The notes below the pieces were generated by a model that did no database searches, was not told the origin of the DNA, and saw only the letters and a program-made list of their open reading frames with translations. Below are positions 52,097 to 64,000 of a DNA stretch of 64,000 nt, piece by piece. The position numbers and the translations under genes are program-made. This DNA comes from Bigelowiella natans CCMP2755 (Eukaryota; Protista; Cercozoa): the NCBI GenBank assembly GCA_000320545.1, contig ADNK01000614.1, forward strand, positions 1-64,000, in the 5' to 3' direction. Each line of letters starts with the position of its first letter. Position 1 is the stretch's first letter.

Positions 52097-52355
52097 CAGC
52101 TACATCAGGATGACCATTGAAAAAATTTAATTCTTCATCACATCCGTCTCATATATATATATATATCAATTCGAATGCGTGCGAGCTAGACGTGCGTATC
52201 TGTATCGATGTTACTAATATTGCTAATACTGCTAGACTGCCTAAATGGATATGTGCGCGTGGCAGTATAGTATAGTGTGGCATCATTGTTTTTTTGCTGT
52301 GAGACGGATGTAATGAATACATTAATTTTTTTCAATTGTCATCCTAATGCAGCTT
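52097..52355. mobile_element. MITE-like element with ~55-bp imperfect terminal inverted repeats
   Basis: Left arm cagctacatcaggatgaccattgaaaaaatttaattcttcatcacatccgtctc (52097-52150) is an imperfect reverse complement of right arm gagacggatgtaatgaatacattaatttttttcaattgtcatcctaatgcagct (52301-52354). The interior is non-coding. Confidence 0.65.
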
Positions 52356-52392
52356 TGCTATAGATTGTTTGTTAGATTGCAGAGCTTGCATC

Positions 52393-53989
52393 TTACATAT
52401 CTGTTTCGATTAGGTTTACACCAAAAGCTGCAAACTTCCCGTAGATGGAAAAGTAAATACTCTCTCCAGGGTCTGAAAGGATTGTAGACATAGCATGGTA
52501 CACTGGTATTGATGTGAATAGAATACCGGCGAGCAAGTGAAAACCAAACTGCCCCAACAATTTCTCCTTATGGAACGGGAAAAGTAGCGTGTATTTTGGC
52601 CTGCTTAATGCATTTCTCGTCATATAAATAGTCAAAATGACTCCGAATATGTACGGCCCGAAAGCGACTATCGCTGCAATGGTTTGCGGGTGGGAAAGTC
52701 CTGGAAGGGCAAGACGATTAACCCCTTCAATTTCGATAGCAGCAGCGATTGCTAAGCCGAAAATGATAGCAGTGGCAAAGTAGTAGATAATCGTTCCCGT
52801 ATCTGACATTCCCATGAGCGTTGCCTTCTTATCCAGACTTGCTACTTTCTTGTTATCGAGTTTGTCGATAGTCGCTGCGCCTTTGTATGTTGTAGATCCT
52901 GTTTGCTCGATCGAGTCGCGGAAGGTCCCGAACCAATGATCGAGAGGGAGGCCATTCGTGCCGTAGTTGCATTCGAAGAACTTGTGGTGCAAGTAGTGAT
53001 ACTGGTCGGACTGTGCCAAATACAGAAAGAGCAACACAGAAAAAATAAGTAAAATGCTGAATGCTGTTCCAATATAAATTCGATTCTTCCGTGCTGCTGC
53101 GAGGAAAGAGGGACGAGAAAGCAGACGTGATATGCTTACCTGCCAATGATCTTCATATCCGCTATGTGACGCACCCGGTGAAATCATTGCATGGACCCCG
53201 CTCCATTTGAAGTAGAAGACGGGGGCAGCCGGGAGGTACAGCACGGTCATGAAGCAGCTGTAGTAGTACAAATGCTCAATCGGGTGCATACAGAGGCCGG
53301 CGAAGGGCTCTATGTCCGTGTTCCGGTGGTGAAGGCTGTGAATCCACCTATAAACGCACCGGATGTGCTCGAATCTGTGAACGACATAGAAGTGGACTTC
53401 CCGGTACAAGGGCACCAGGATCACACAGGCGACGCACCAAGCGTAGTCTGGGAGAGACCATGAGGCCATGGGCGTGTGGGGAAGCCGGCCGGTGGCGTAG
53501 CAGTGGGAAAAGCCAATCTCCCACAGCGTCCACTGTGCGGCACCGAGCCAGGTGAACCACATATTATGAAGGAGCTTTGAGAAGCGGTACTGCCTATTCG
53601 CCATGAATGGCCGCTTGCCCCATCCGAGGCCGTAGAGGACGAAATGCCAGTACCCATAGTAAAGCGCGCACATCACGGTGTTGACCAAGAATCTCTCCAG
53701 CACCCAACCCCATTCGTACTGCTTTGCAGCCTCGAGGTCGTACGGGAAGACCCAGTGGTCGAAGACGGCGAAAGCAAGCCAGACGAGGTTTGGGGAGAAG
53801 ATAAACTCGTAACCTGTGAGAATCTCACCCCACCTCGGCACTTTTTCTAGCTCCTTGGCCTGTGATGTCGCTCCTGGGGGTTTGTTTTGGTCCACCCATT
53901 TCGGAGCCTTAAAGAAGGAGCCGTCGACCTGATTGAAAAGGGAAGAGAGAGAAAGGGAGAGAGATACATATCCCCAGATCCTATTACTC

Positions 53990-54024
<35 letters not shown>

Positions 54025-54155
54025 TATTTATTCTACTCACACTATCAACATCTTCCCATCCCCCCCGAGAACCACCACGCACAGTTAAAAAAAGGACCCA
54101 AAAAACGGGGGAACAGAAGAGGAGACATCATCACCGTGCCGGCGAGTCCATCCAT
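52393..54155 (-). CDS. Fatty acid hydroxylase / sterol C5-desaturase superfamily membrane enzyme, 3 exons
   Basis: His boxes HFYVVHRFEH, IHSLHH, HSG and HYLHH; also PFAGLCMHPIE and CNYGTNGLPLDHWFGTF. Short first exon MDGLAGT (ATG 54155). Extra C-terminal TM helices. Confidence 0.88.
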
Positions 54156-54205
54156 AGCTCAGATAGCTCCTTGTACTCGCACAGTGTCTACGACAACAGG
54201 AATTC

Positions 54206-54375
54206 CACACCAAAATCAACTAATTTAAGCCGAATATTTCCAGACCAAAATCGACTAGTTTGAGCCGAATATTTCCAGACCAAAATCGACTAGTTTGAGC
54301 CGAATATTTCCACACCAAAATCAACTCATTTAAGCCGAATATTTCCAGACCAAAATCGACTAGTTTGAGCCGAAT
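54206..54375. repeat. 35-bp minisatellite, about 5 copies, two variants (B-A-A-B'-A)
   Basis: A = cagaccaaaatcgactagtttgagccgaatatttc; B = cacaccaaaatcaactaatttaagccgaatatttc. Head-to-tail with no spacers. Confidence 0.95.
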
Positions 54376-54413
54376 TAATCTCAGTATTAGAGTATTAGTA
54401 ACCGAAAGTAACC

Positions 54414-54452
<39 letters not shown>

Positions 54453-54489
54453 CATCATATACACCCGTGCACAGCAGGTCGTTGGGGGG

Positions 54490-56966
54490 ATGAGGGTTGC
54501 CCTGCTCGCCGTAATCTCTGCCCTGGGGCCTACCGTCGGCCACACCACCGCTCATGCACCCTTTGCGAAATATCTACCTGGCTTCCCTCCGAAATACCAA
54601 CAGAAAATCCGACAAGTTCTTGGGAAGGGCCTGTCCTGCGGCGTAGATTCCTCTCCAGCTGAAGATAAGGCTAAGACGTTCCGACCGACCGACTATGGTG
54701 CGGACCCTAGCGGTGAAAGCGACAGCTCGTTGGCTCTACGGCGAACGGTAGAAGCGATGCTCAACTCGTCATCCGGGTCGCGTGATCTTGGGGGTGCCAC
54801 CCTTGACCTAGCAGGTATTTTTTTATGGGTTCTATGTACCGGCGTAGTATCGTATGTCCAGCTTTTATCGTATTCGAACTCACATTGTGTGTGTGTGTGT
54901 TTGTGCAGAGAGGGAGAGAGAGAGTTAAGTTACTGTGAAATGCTCGCTAACTTCACATTGCCAGGTGGAAAGTACCTCATTTCCGAAGGACTACAGATTC
55001 CCCCAGGATACGATAATCTTGAGGTCCGGGACGGCACCCTAGTCGCTGCTGATTCATTCCCGCTTGGGGGCACCCTCCTCCTCATTGGGGATGCAAATGC
55101 GGTGAAGGGTAGCGCGAACAAGAATATCAATGTACAAAAGCAACCTGAAAAAAATGAAGATAGAGAATAATAAAAATGAAGCCGTGCTTATTATTATCCC
55201 AATAGACATCAATCTCAAGACCGTTTTCTTCGGCCCTCTTTCTCTGCATGTCTTTCTTTCTCTCTTTGTGGTTATCTTTCTTTAGGTGATGTCGTTGACC
55301 CTCGATGGTGGAGGGAGGGCAGCTCGAGCGATGGGTGTGCTCAATTGTCAGTATGTGAACATCGGACCGTCTTTCATGGCCTACGGATTCCACCAGTATG
55401 GTGTTCAAATGAACGGCACGGGGTTGATTTTAATTGCAATATCTCTTAAGCATACTACTCATTTTCATCATTATCATCATCATCATCATTCTCATCAACA
55501 TCATCCACTTCCACTGATCCTTATGCTTTCTTAAACAGGGGCTGCTTCATCCATCACTCATGGATGGGAGAAGTGGCGCCATTTGCTCCCAAGGACTTGA
55601 CAACATCAGTCTCGAATCTGACCTCGAGCGTGATCTCTCTTGAAGGCTCGGAGCATGATTGCTATGTCAAGGTCGTCGTCATTTTGCACCCATTTGTCAA
55701 CGATGAAGGGGATAATAACGACGAAAGAAGACGATGATGATTGAGGTGGAAGTGGTGGTGATGATGATAAACAAATTGTGAAAGTGACATGTGTAGTCTG
55801 ATGTAGGACGTGATCATCTGGTCGGGGCGCATAGGACTCCGAAGCCAAAATGGAGCCAACGAGATCGGTGCTACATATGAGGGGGGGTTCTTGTCTTTTT
55901 GTATTCTTCTTTTTTTGTTTGGGGGTGAGGACTGGGGGAGGGGCTTTGTTTTGGAGTGCGTCTTTTGCGGCTTCTACCTGAGAGTCTTACCTATCTCAGA
56001 GGGACTGCACACGTGGAACCTCGATAATCTTCAGGGTAATATCCATCATCGTTGGTTTTCATAATGATTATTATGAACTTTGATTTGTCGCTTTAGGCGG
56101 CATAGGCATCTTACTGGAGGGCGGAAGCGGCATCGTACGAGGTAAGAATATCTGACTAATTCTGTGCAATATGCATGCGTTTTGTGTGTGTGTGTGTGTG
56201 TGTGTTTGCGCACGCACGCAGAATGTGTGCATGTTAGGGTAAATGTAGATGTAGAAGAACGATACGTGTCCTGATTTTCAGGAAGTTACTTGGACTTTTG
56301 CCCCTTGGTGGTGTTGGATCCCAAAAGTGTGATTGTCGAGGGCAACTTATTTCTCGCCCGAGCGAACCTTGTTGTCCAAGCGTCCAAGTCCAAAACCGTC
56401 TCCGGCCTTGTTGTCACCGGTAACCGTTGGTGGAGCGAGAGGAACAAGCAGTTTGCGAATGACACTATCGTTGTCAACGGTGGGGCTCACGGACTTGTAC
56501 ACTCCCCCTCATCCCCCCCTTCCCCTTCACACACACGCGCATATGTCAACTCCATACTAACGTTGTTGATTCGTACACGTGTCATTACTTTAACTCACGT
56601 GCAATGAATGTGTATGCATGGAACTCAGGCATGATTAATGCTGTGACCGACACCGTCATCGAATCCAACACCGCAGATTCCATCCTGCATGTCACATCAA
56701 CCAGGGCAACTCTGACAAAGGACCTACCTGTCGGAGCCGACCAAATCGTGTTGGACTTCTCAGATCATCTTCTATTCAACACGCCGATCCATGAAGCTTA
56801 TTGCTCCATTAACGCGGAGGAGTACATTGGGCATGTTGTCAATATGAGGCAAAAGAAACCCATTGATCGCTCGATCACAGTGTTGCTGTCACGTGCTGCT
56901 CAAAAGAAGGGAGGCCAAGTGACGTGCACCGTAGACCAGAGCCAGCGCACGCAACCTGGGCACTGA
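54490..56966 (+). CDS. Secreted QRT3-like pectin-lyase-fold (beta-helix) protein, intact copy
   Basis: Signal peptide MRVALLAVISALG. FRPTDYGADPSGESDSSLAL..DLGGATLDLAGGKYLISEGLQIP..NLEVRDGTLVAADSFP, DVIIWSGRIG, EGLHTWN..GGIGILL and SYLDFCPLVVLDP are collinear with plant polygalacturonase QRT3 as I recall it. Confidence 0.85.
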
Positions 56967-57472
56967 CAGAAATGATTGTGCCCAGGCGGTATGGACGAGC
57001 TAGCTAGATAGATAGATGGAGAACATGCTGTAACCTACTGGAAGTGTGGCCTTCTTAACAAGTTTGATCATTTTCTGGTCTTGGGTGCAGAAAACTAGAG
57101 TAGAGGACGCTACGATGGTGTGCGGGAAAAATTCATGTAAATTTTTAGCTTGCATACATCACCTATGTGTCGCGCGCCAGCCTCTAGTCCATCACATGAA
57201 CGATTCACATAAAACAACGACAAGGCAAACTAAACAAGCAGCTTGTATATTCTAGTGATCCGAACGCTTACGCGCTCCGCGAGCTACATCTATCGCTCCT
57301 CATTACATGTCACATTGCATATGCCAAGCGAGTGGCGAGTAGCGTTCATTCAGAAGCGCAAGCCTTGGCGTGATTTGGCATCTTTGTGTTACACTGCGCA
57401 GCGAGGCATAACACTTGCATCGCATTACAAACTTCGGCCACTATTATGGTTATTATCACTATGCGGATATTT

Positions 57473-58921
57473 TCAGCGCTTGTCTGTCATTTTCTTTCGC
57501 TCGTCTAAATCATTTCTGTCATCCATAGAACTATATGAAGTCGTTACTTCACGCTGGTTTCGGACAGACAACCAATGCGTGATCGAGGTTTCAGCTAATG
57601 CCAGGCCAAAGCATAGCACTGTTACAATCGAGATAATCGAAACGGGGTGAGCCCGCTCGAGATCTCCAACACTCAAGAACGAAAGGAATATCAATGGTCA
57701 CACTGTAAACACAGCCCACCACGCCCACTTCACTCGTTTGACATCCTCAGGATCATCGGGACTCGGGTGGTGTCCAGCGTAATGGCTCACACGAACGAGA
57801 AATATTAGTATGAGCGAGACCCCAACCGATGCGAAGAGCAGCGTGACCTCAGCAAGCTTCATTTCATGGTGGTAGACTGTGGCTCGGGTTACAAACATTA
57901 TTGCCACTCCCGCCATCAGCAACGACGGCCCAAGGCATATGATCACAAAGTAATGGAAGAACCCTCGCCCCACACTCTGGCGAAAGGCATGCTGATCCCT
58001 CGTTGTGGGCTGTACGTGGTAGAATAGCAGCGCGATCGAGAAACTCAGCAGCAGTGCCAACATCATCGCTAGGTAGAACATCGCGTTACGGTCAAAATCG
58101 TGCTGGCCACTGTAGTCCTGCAAGGCGGATACGACTGATTCACCAAGGACTGCCAAGATAAAACCGTTCTGGCGATCTGTGACATGGTCTATGTTTAGTG
58201 GTAGCAGCTTTGATCGAGGGAGAGCAGCGTAAGCATAAATATCGAACGGCATTTCTACTACTACTACCAAGGCCCATAAGATGTGAAGTATCGTTGTGTT
58301 AGCCGTGTAGACAGTTGCAACGAGTAGAAGGACCAACGAACAGAGCATGACGTATGTAATGATCATAGCATGCGACTTTGCACGGCGATTCTGACAGGCA
58401 GTCAGAAAGTACATTACACACAGCGACGTTCTTTGAACAATCATGGCAACTGTGAAATTTATAGACAAATCCGCATTTCCCACATGGATTGCCATTCCTG
58501 CCATGCCCAGAAGAAACACGATTAGATATATCGTGTGCACAAAGGAATTATCGTAGAGTCGCGTACAGTACACCATGTACAAGGTCCAGGAGGATTGAAA
58601 AAGGGTGAAAAACAATATGAAAAGGCTTATCTTGTCTGGGCTGTATTCATCTGCTAGAAAGTCAGCTATTCTCGAGAACGCGATCACCATGATCAAATCT
58701 ACAAACAACTCAAACCATTCCGAGGTGCGTTCTTCATATTCATCGTCCCAATCTACAGCGGTGCGCGGTGTCCTATACAGCCTCCGAAGTGCCAGTCCGA
58801 ACGGACGTTTTCGTTTCTGCTCAGCAGAATGGACACCGGTGAATCGAACGGCCTCTGACAGCGACGATTCGATCGTAGTGTTCTCCGAGAGGTTTCTCTG
58901 CTTCGAATCGAGCGAGGCCAT
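57473..58921 (-). CDS. LtrA-family membrane protein, copy 2 (in-frame TGA at 57698-57700; FYHVQ versus FYNVQ in copy 1)
   Basis: Same as copy 1 except one N/H substitution. Confidence 0.85.
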
Positions 58922-59328
58922 TGTGTTCTCCCAAGCAAGCTGCGCCTGCTTTTAAGATCGATCGAACGCTTCGATGAGGAGGGTATGCTCACCTCCGAGT
59001 TTCCGCTACTTCCTGAGACCAAGGTGTACAATTCAGGCCTCTCTCCTGTAATGAATACTCTTCGTACTCTGTGCTACTGAAGCTCCTGGTCCTTCTTTTG
59101 AGATGGATTTTTTTTAGTGGGAAGACAAGTACGAAACCTTGTCGTACTACAAAAATCGGAAGACAGTACCGGTATTATAACAAATAGATTTTTAGTGAGA
59201 GACAAGTATGAAACCTTGTCGTACGACAATAATCAGAGCGGTATTACCAGTAAAATTGCCCGCAAAATTATCCGAAAATTCATGTCCTCGTTCCAGAATC
59301 ACATTCCTGGAGATCGCTGGCCGATAGG

Positions 59329-60859
59329 ATGCAGGCGTCCGGTCACGACTTCGCGGACTCCATCAAGAAAGGGGTTGCACAGCTTCGTTCGACTCGGAGC
59401 CAGCTGCTGAAGCGAGAGGCGAAATCAAAGACTGTGAGGCTGGAAGCAGCAGCGATGGCTCGGAAGAACAACGAACGTCTGCGGGCCGTGGACATTGAGG
59501 CATGGTACGAGGATGTGAAGCAGCACACGTTCCGAACTCTATTCGTTCCCATTGAACAAACCGAAGCGCGAGCGATCATGAAGGCCCATGAGCTCGGCAA
59601 AAATGGCATCGGCGGTGGAGACAGCGAACAGCGAGAGACTGATGAGGTCAAGGTGGCAAAGAAGCAGCATGAGATTCTGCTTTGTAAGCTCAAGGAACGT
59701 ATCGCAAAAGCAATGAAGTCCTTCACCCCTAAAAGTATGTCCTCCTCCCCCTCTTCTACCCCGCAAACGGGCGAAGTCCATGTTTTCACGAAGCTCTCTT
59801 CGCGAAGCCCGAAGGACTCAACTATGTGCAGAGCTCGGGCGCTGGAACTTGTCAAAGCGAAGTTAACGGCTGCTCGTAAGTCGGGAGCTAAAATCGACTC
59901 CAACACTGTCAAAGTCGCTATTATGGCCTCCACAATTGAATCGCTTAGGCTCAAGTCGGCAGACGAGGTTTTGGAGTGCTTTATCACATCGAACAGAGTG
60001 TGTGAGGACGATTTACCCCTTGCTTTGAGGTGACCCAACGATTGCACTTCCCATCTGTACTTGACGCATCTTGAATGAATGTGATCATCATGTTACTACA
60101 ACCATTTTGAGGTGGACGAAATTCTCCAAATCTTTAAGCATTTTATAAACCATGACATACTTCTTCTTCTTCTACTACTACTACTACTACCTCCACTATC
60201 TCTCAAGGTATCCTAAGAGCTGGAGCCAGCACATCATTCTCCGAGAGTGGGTAGACATTTCTCCTGAATCCGAGCTCCGAGCTTTTGTGATGGACAGCAA
60301 GCTCACAGCACTTTGTCAGTACTACAACGGTGCATTCTTTCCCAAACTCTCGCTGAAAGACAATCGGGAGAAAGCACTATCCATCGTTCGTAAGTTCTTC
60401 AACGAGGTGAAGGGCCGTATCAAGGTTGAGCCTCCGGAGTATTCGATGGATCTCGCCGTGGATTTGGAGAAGGGGAAAGCCTACGTCATCGAGTTAAATC
60501 CATTCGGTAGGCCAGATGGCATGGGCACAGGCACCGCTCTATTCAACAACAAGAATCCGGAGGACCTTAAGGTGCCATCGCCTAGCTTAGATTTTGACTC
60601 TATTTATATCTGTTGATTTAGTTATTGGCGTGTGATCTGGAGCTCTCTTTGGTAGCAACAGTCGTGGAAGATGAGTGTAGCTCTGTCTCCCTCCTCGTAG
60701 AAATGAAATTGATGTTTATGACACATCTATCGAAAGGTGCTCTTTGGGGAACGTCCGTTTGAGTTTCGCGTTGAGGAAGCACCGCCAAAAGAAGACTGTA
60801 GATTGCAAATTAAAGGGCCGTTAAAAAGTTGGCTCGAAGAGCAGCAAATGATGGGTTGA
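59329..60859 (+). CDS. Cdc123/D123-related ATP-grasp protein (R2K clade), copy 2
   Basis: No coding differences seen from 49640-51170. Confidence 0.88.
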
Positions 60860-61740
60860 TGATAGCCAAACGAGCTGTCTGGTCATAAGATCTTGTAGAT
60901 ATATGCTATCATATTTGCCATCATCCACACCAAATCGTTGCAATCGTCCTAGCGTCCCATATAATAATAACGCACATAGCATAGTAGTGTTGTGGCCGTG
61001 AGTGTGCTGCTCACCGCAATGCAATAACATTGCTAGATTGTGTGCAGTAGATGATGGCTCTTCATCATTCGTAAGACGGATGTAATGAAATAGATTAAAT
61101 TTGTTCAATGGTCATATAGTCATCCTCATGTAGCTGTATAATTCATCATTCGTACATCATCATTCCACCACTCTACCACTGGCATATTTAATATATGTAG
61201 CCCCCCCGCTAGCCCCCGCGCCCGCCACGACCCGCCCTGGGCCCTGGCTGCAGACATGCGCTAGCATGTTTGACATGTAAATATTGATTGCATTTGCATG
61301 TCTAGCAGCTGCGCCTGCGACTCCGCATTCTAGCATTTGTACTGTGCTAGTAACTATATAAGCAGGCAACGAATGTTCGAATGCGGTATGAAATATAGCA
61401 CAGCACGCGCGTGACGCTGCGCTAGCGTTTTACGCGAGTGCGTGCACACTAATGTATATATATTTATGCACATGTCTAGTAGATGATAGATGCGAACACT
61501 GCGCCTATGCACATACATATTAGCCATGCTGCAAAACGCGTAAATTATGGAATGAGCTTGCTGATGGTGAAATCCTGCATTTCATATTCATCGTTTCAGG
61601 CAGCTTCGATTCCTGTTGCTTTGTTGCAGTTTTTGTATTCGTTTCTACACACGGTTGTGTTGATCTATTCGGTGTCATCGTCGTCATCGTCACCAACATC
61701 GTTGTACTCTTACCCCTCCTCCTCCTCCTCCTTTTCCTCT

Positions 61741-62920
61741 TTATGGCTGAACAAATCCAAGACGGTAGCTGGGGTTCTTCATGGTGTATATCATCACCAG
61801 ATTGTACCACAAGAACACAGCTCCGGCCTAAAGGAGTGCGTAGAAGAAGCAGAGGACAAAGCAACATCAATAAAGAGTCTGCATCAAGAGTCTGCATCCT
61901 CAAAAATCCACCCCCCTCCACCTCTTCCTTTTCCTCTATACATTCGTTTTTTTCATTTTTATCCTTTTTTCATTATCTCTCCTCCTCCTCTTCCGAATCC
62001 GCCGGACAACCCCCCCCTCTCCTTTTATCTCCCCCTCCTACCAGGCATAGCCCTGGGCTTGGTTTCAGTTCTCGAATCATTTGCATGGGCGTTCTCGGTT
62101 CTCTGTAGCTCTAAGGGAGGGCGATGATGAAGGTATGAAGATGTTGAACGATGATGATGATGATGATGATGATGATGATACGCATGTGTGTATGGAATAG
62201 CACCTTTCGCTTCGATCCCTCTGGCTGGTGTGCTTTCAGCGCCCACGTGTTCATCAGGATTACCTAAAGAAGGCCGACAACAATTTGTGTCACCAATCGG
62301 ACATGCGCTACGTGTATATTACATGTTACATATTTTAGATGTATAATAGTATTATATTGGGGGGGGGGGGGAGAAAGGAGAGAATCGTAATGAATTGATT
62401 CCTGAACTTGCTGTGATATAGCGTGAGGACACGTGGGTGAGTGTGTACTACTGCCACTACCACTGCTACTACTACTGCTGCTACTACAACTAGTACCATC
62501 GCACCAACTCCGAAATGTAGCATCCCCACGATCAAGCCCCCGGCACCGTATTGTGTGCCGTTGCTGCACGATATTAGGAAAGAATCATCACTCATCGTTC
62601 GCGGTGTTTGTTTTTGTGTTATGTGAGGGTAACCATGGGAAGGCATAGACTCATCATCAACATCATCGACAAAAGCAGCATAAGCTGTTCGTAACTCTTA
62701 CGATTAATCCTACCACTGTTTAACACTACTCCTACCTTGGATGGAAGAAAGCTGACAACCCATTTCCATTTCCTGAAGGTCGTTCGTTATACGATCAAAT
62801 GCATACAACATGTACATAATCAATATACATATATTTATTTATTTATATTATGTTGGGCATTTCTAAAAATGTGCGTGTGTGCCTGTGGGTGTGTGGGTGT
62901 GTGGGTGTGTGGGTGTGTGG

Positions 62921-62969
<49 letters not shown>

Positions 62970-63353
62970 TTAAAATACAAAACCTGAGAAAGCAGTGCCA
63001 CGGATGATATTGTACATGCCACCTCCCATCAACCTATGACCAGCAACACGAGATCGTACAATTCACCATCAGAGAATATCAATAAGAGAGTGAGAGGGAG
63101 AGGGGGGGGGGCTCCGGAAAATCTCTATCCTTTCATGTTAAACCTGCGCATCTATTTCGAGAGAAGGTTTATATAATATAATAAAATATTATTTGTATTT
63201 ATACCAGATGTAGGCGACGATCGCCATGCCGAAGTAAGGCAGTTTGAACTCACGAAGCTTGAAAAGCTTGTCTCCTAATAAACACCAACACAACGACAAC
63301 AACATTAAGCATACACACAAACATGGAGGGAGGGGGTGAGAGAGGGAGAGAGT

Positions 63354-63393
<40 letters not shown>

Positions 63394-63763
63394 AACAGCA
63401 GGAGGTGCATACAGATGATGCAAGCTAGCAGCAAGCAGAAGGAAGAACTATCACATTACGACGAAATGATATCTCACTACTCACTGACCACTGTAGTAAA
63501 TGCCAGCGACAATCATGCCCAGCAGGATGACCCACCCAAACAGTACGTTATACTGATAAATAATAGGAAGATCACGTAAGTTTGATGATCAAACAACAAG
63601 GGGCTACGCTGCTTGCTTGCATAGGACGAAGATTGTAAAAGAGGAGGAGGAGGAGGAGGAGGAGGAGGAGGAGGAGAGGGGTCACACCAATAGGGAAGAG
63701 AGAGAATATGTATCTGAACATTTGAAAACGGGCGCGTATCACGCTACAACATATCTCTACTTC

Positions 63764-63801
<38 letters not shown>

Positions 63802-63963
63802 ACCCCTTATCTCTCTCTACTAAATGCATATCGAAGCTAAGGTCCAGAAGACAACACGTTAATACATCGATTTCCTCCACGAGCTCCACTTCTTGCTTTG
63901 TGTGGCGGGACAAGAACTTGCGCAAATCTTCAATCTATTCGTGGATGGATGGTGGCAGGAGAG

Positions 63964-63998
<35 letters not shown>

Positions 63999-64000
63999 GA
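61741..64000 (-). CDS. Oligosaccharyltransferase OST3/OST6 (MAGT1/TUSC3-like) subunit, 3' part; 5' end outside window
   Basis: Exons: IEDLRKFLSRHTKQEVEL, YNVLFGWVILLGMIVAGIYYS, LPYFGMAIVAYIWLMGGGMYNIIRGTAFSG, AFFHPSNGTQYGAGGLIVGMLHFG, AVFLWYNLVMIYTMKNPSYRLGFVQP-TAA. Confidence 0.8.

Larger units (their letters stand above)
54835..61453 (+). repeat. Segmental duplication copy 2 (probably ancestral)
   Basis: Contiguous with exon 1 of the intact QRT3-like gene; matches 45146-51764. Confidence 0.97.
1..64000. repeat. Dense intronic and exonic microsatellites: (GA)n, (CA)n, (TA)n, (GTA)n, (GAT)n, (GGA)n, (GAA)n
   Basis: Directly visible. Concentrated in introns at 1-11000, 18000-20100, 25200-26800, 36800-45130 and 61700-64000; nearly absent from 20300-25000 and 28600-36700. 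Confidence 0.98.

Noticed and set aside
54206-54375. CRISPR-like array
   Set aside because: Units are head-to-tail with no unique spacers, there are no cas genes, and the context is eukaryotic.

Overview
Eukaryotic nuclear DNA with GT-AG spliceosomal introns and extreme microsatellite density. The style and gene content suggest a protist such as a chlorarachniophyte; this is inference only. All gene models were spliced by hand, so exon boundaries are approximate. Genes in order: a DnaJ + FAM221-like Cys/His-domain gene (-, runs off the window); an FHA-2xRanBP2ZnF-MIU-PARP gene whose catalytic triad reads H-N-A (+); a 2xRanBP2ZnF + F-box-like gene (-); a 5-finger C2H2 gene (+); a secreted plant-type non-specific phospholipase C (-); a PDZ/coiled-coil gene (+); a probably secretory-pathway JmjC dioxygenase (+); AP-1/2 beta-adaptin (-); a SCAB-like Ig-PH + PDZ + coiled-coil gene (+); a fatty-acid hydroxylase/sterol desaturase (-); and an OST3/OST6 subunit (-). 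A near-identical 6,619-bp segment occurs twice (45146-51764 and 54835-61453). It carries most of a QRT3-like beta-helix gene, an LtrA-family membrane protein with an in-frame TGA, and an R2K/Cdc123-like ATP-grasp gene. The most striking unexplained signal is a ~750-bp tract almost free of TpA. Copies of a small repeat family also differ repeatedly at TA versus TG/CA, and surviving TpAs are often in CTAG. Together these suggest a targeted TpA-eroding mutational process.
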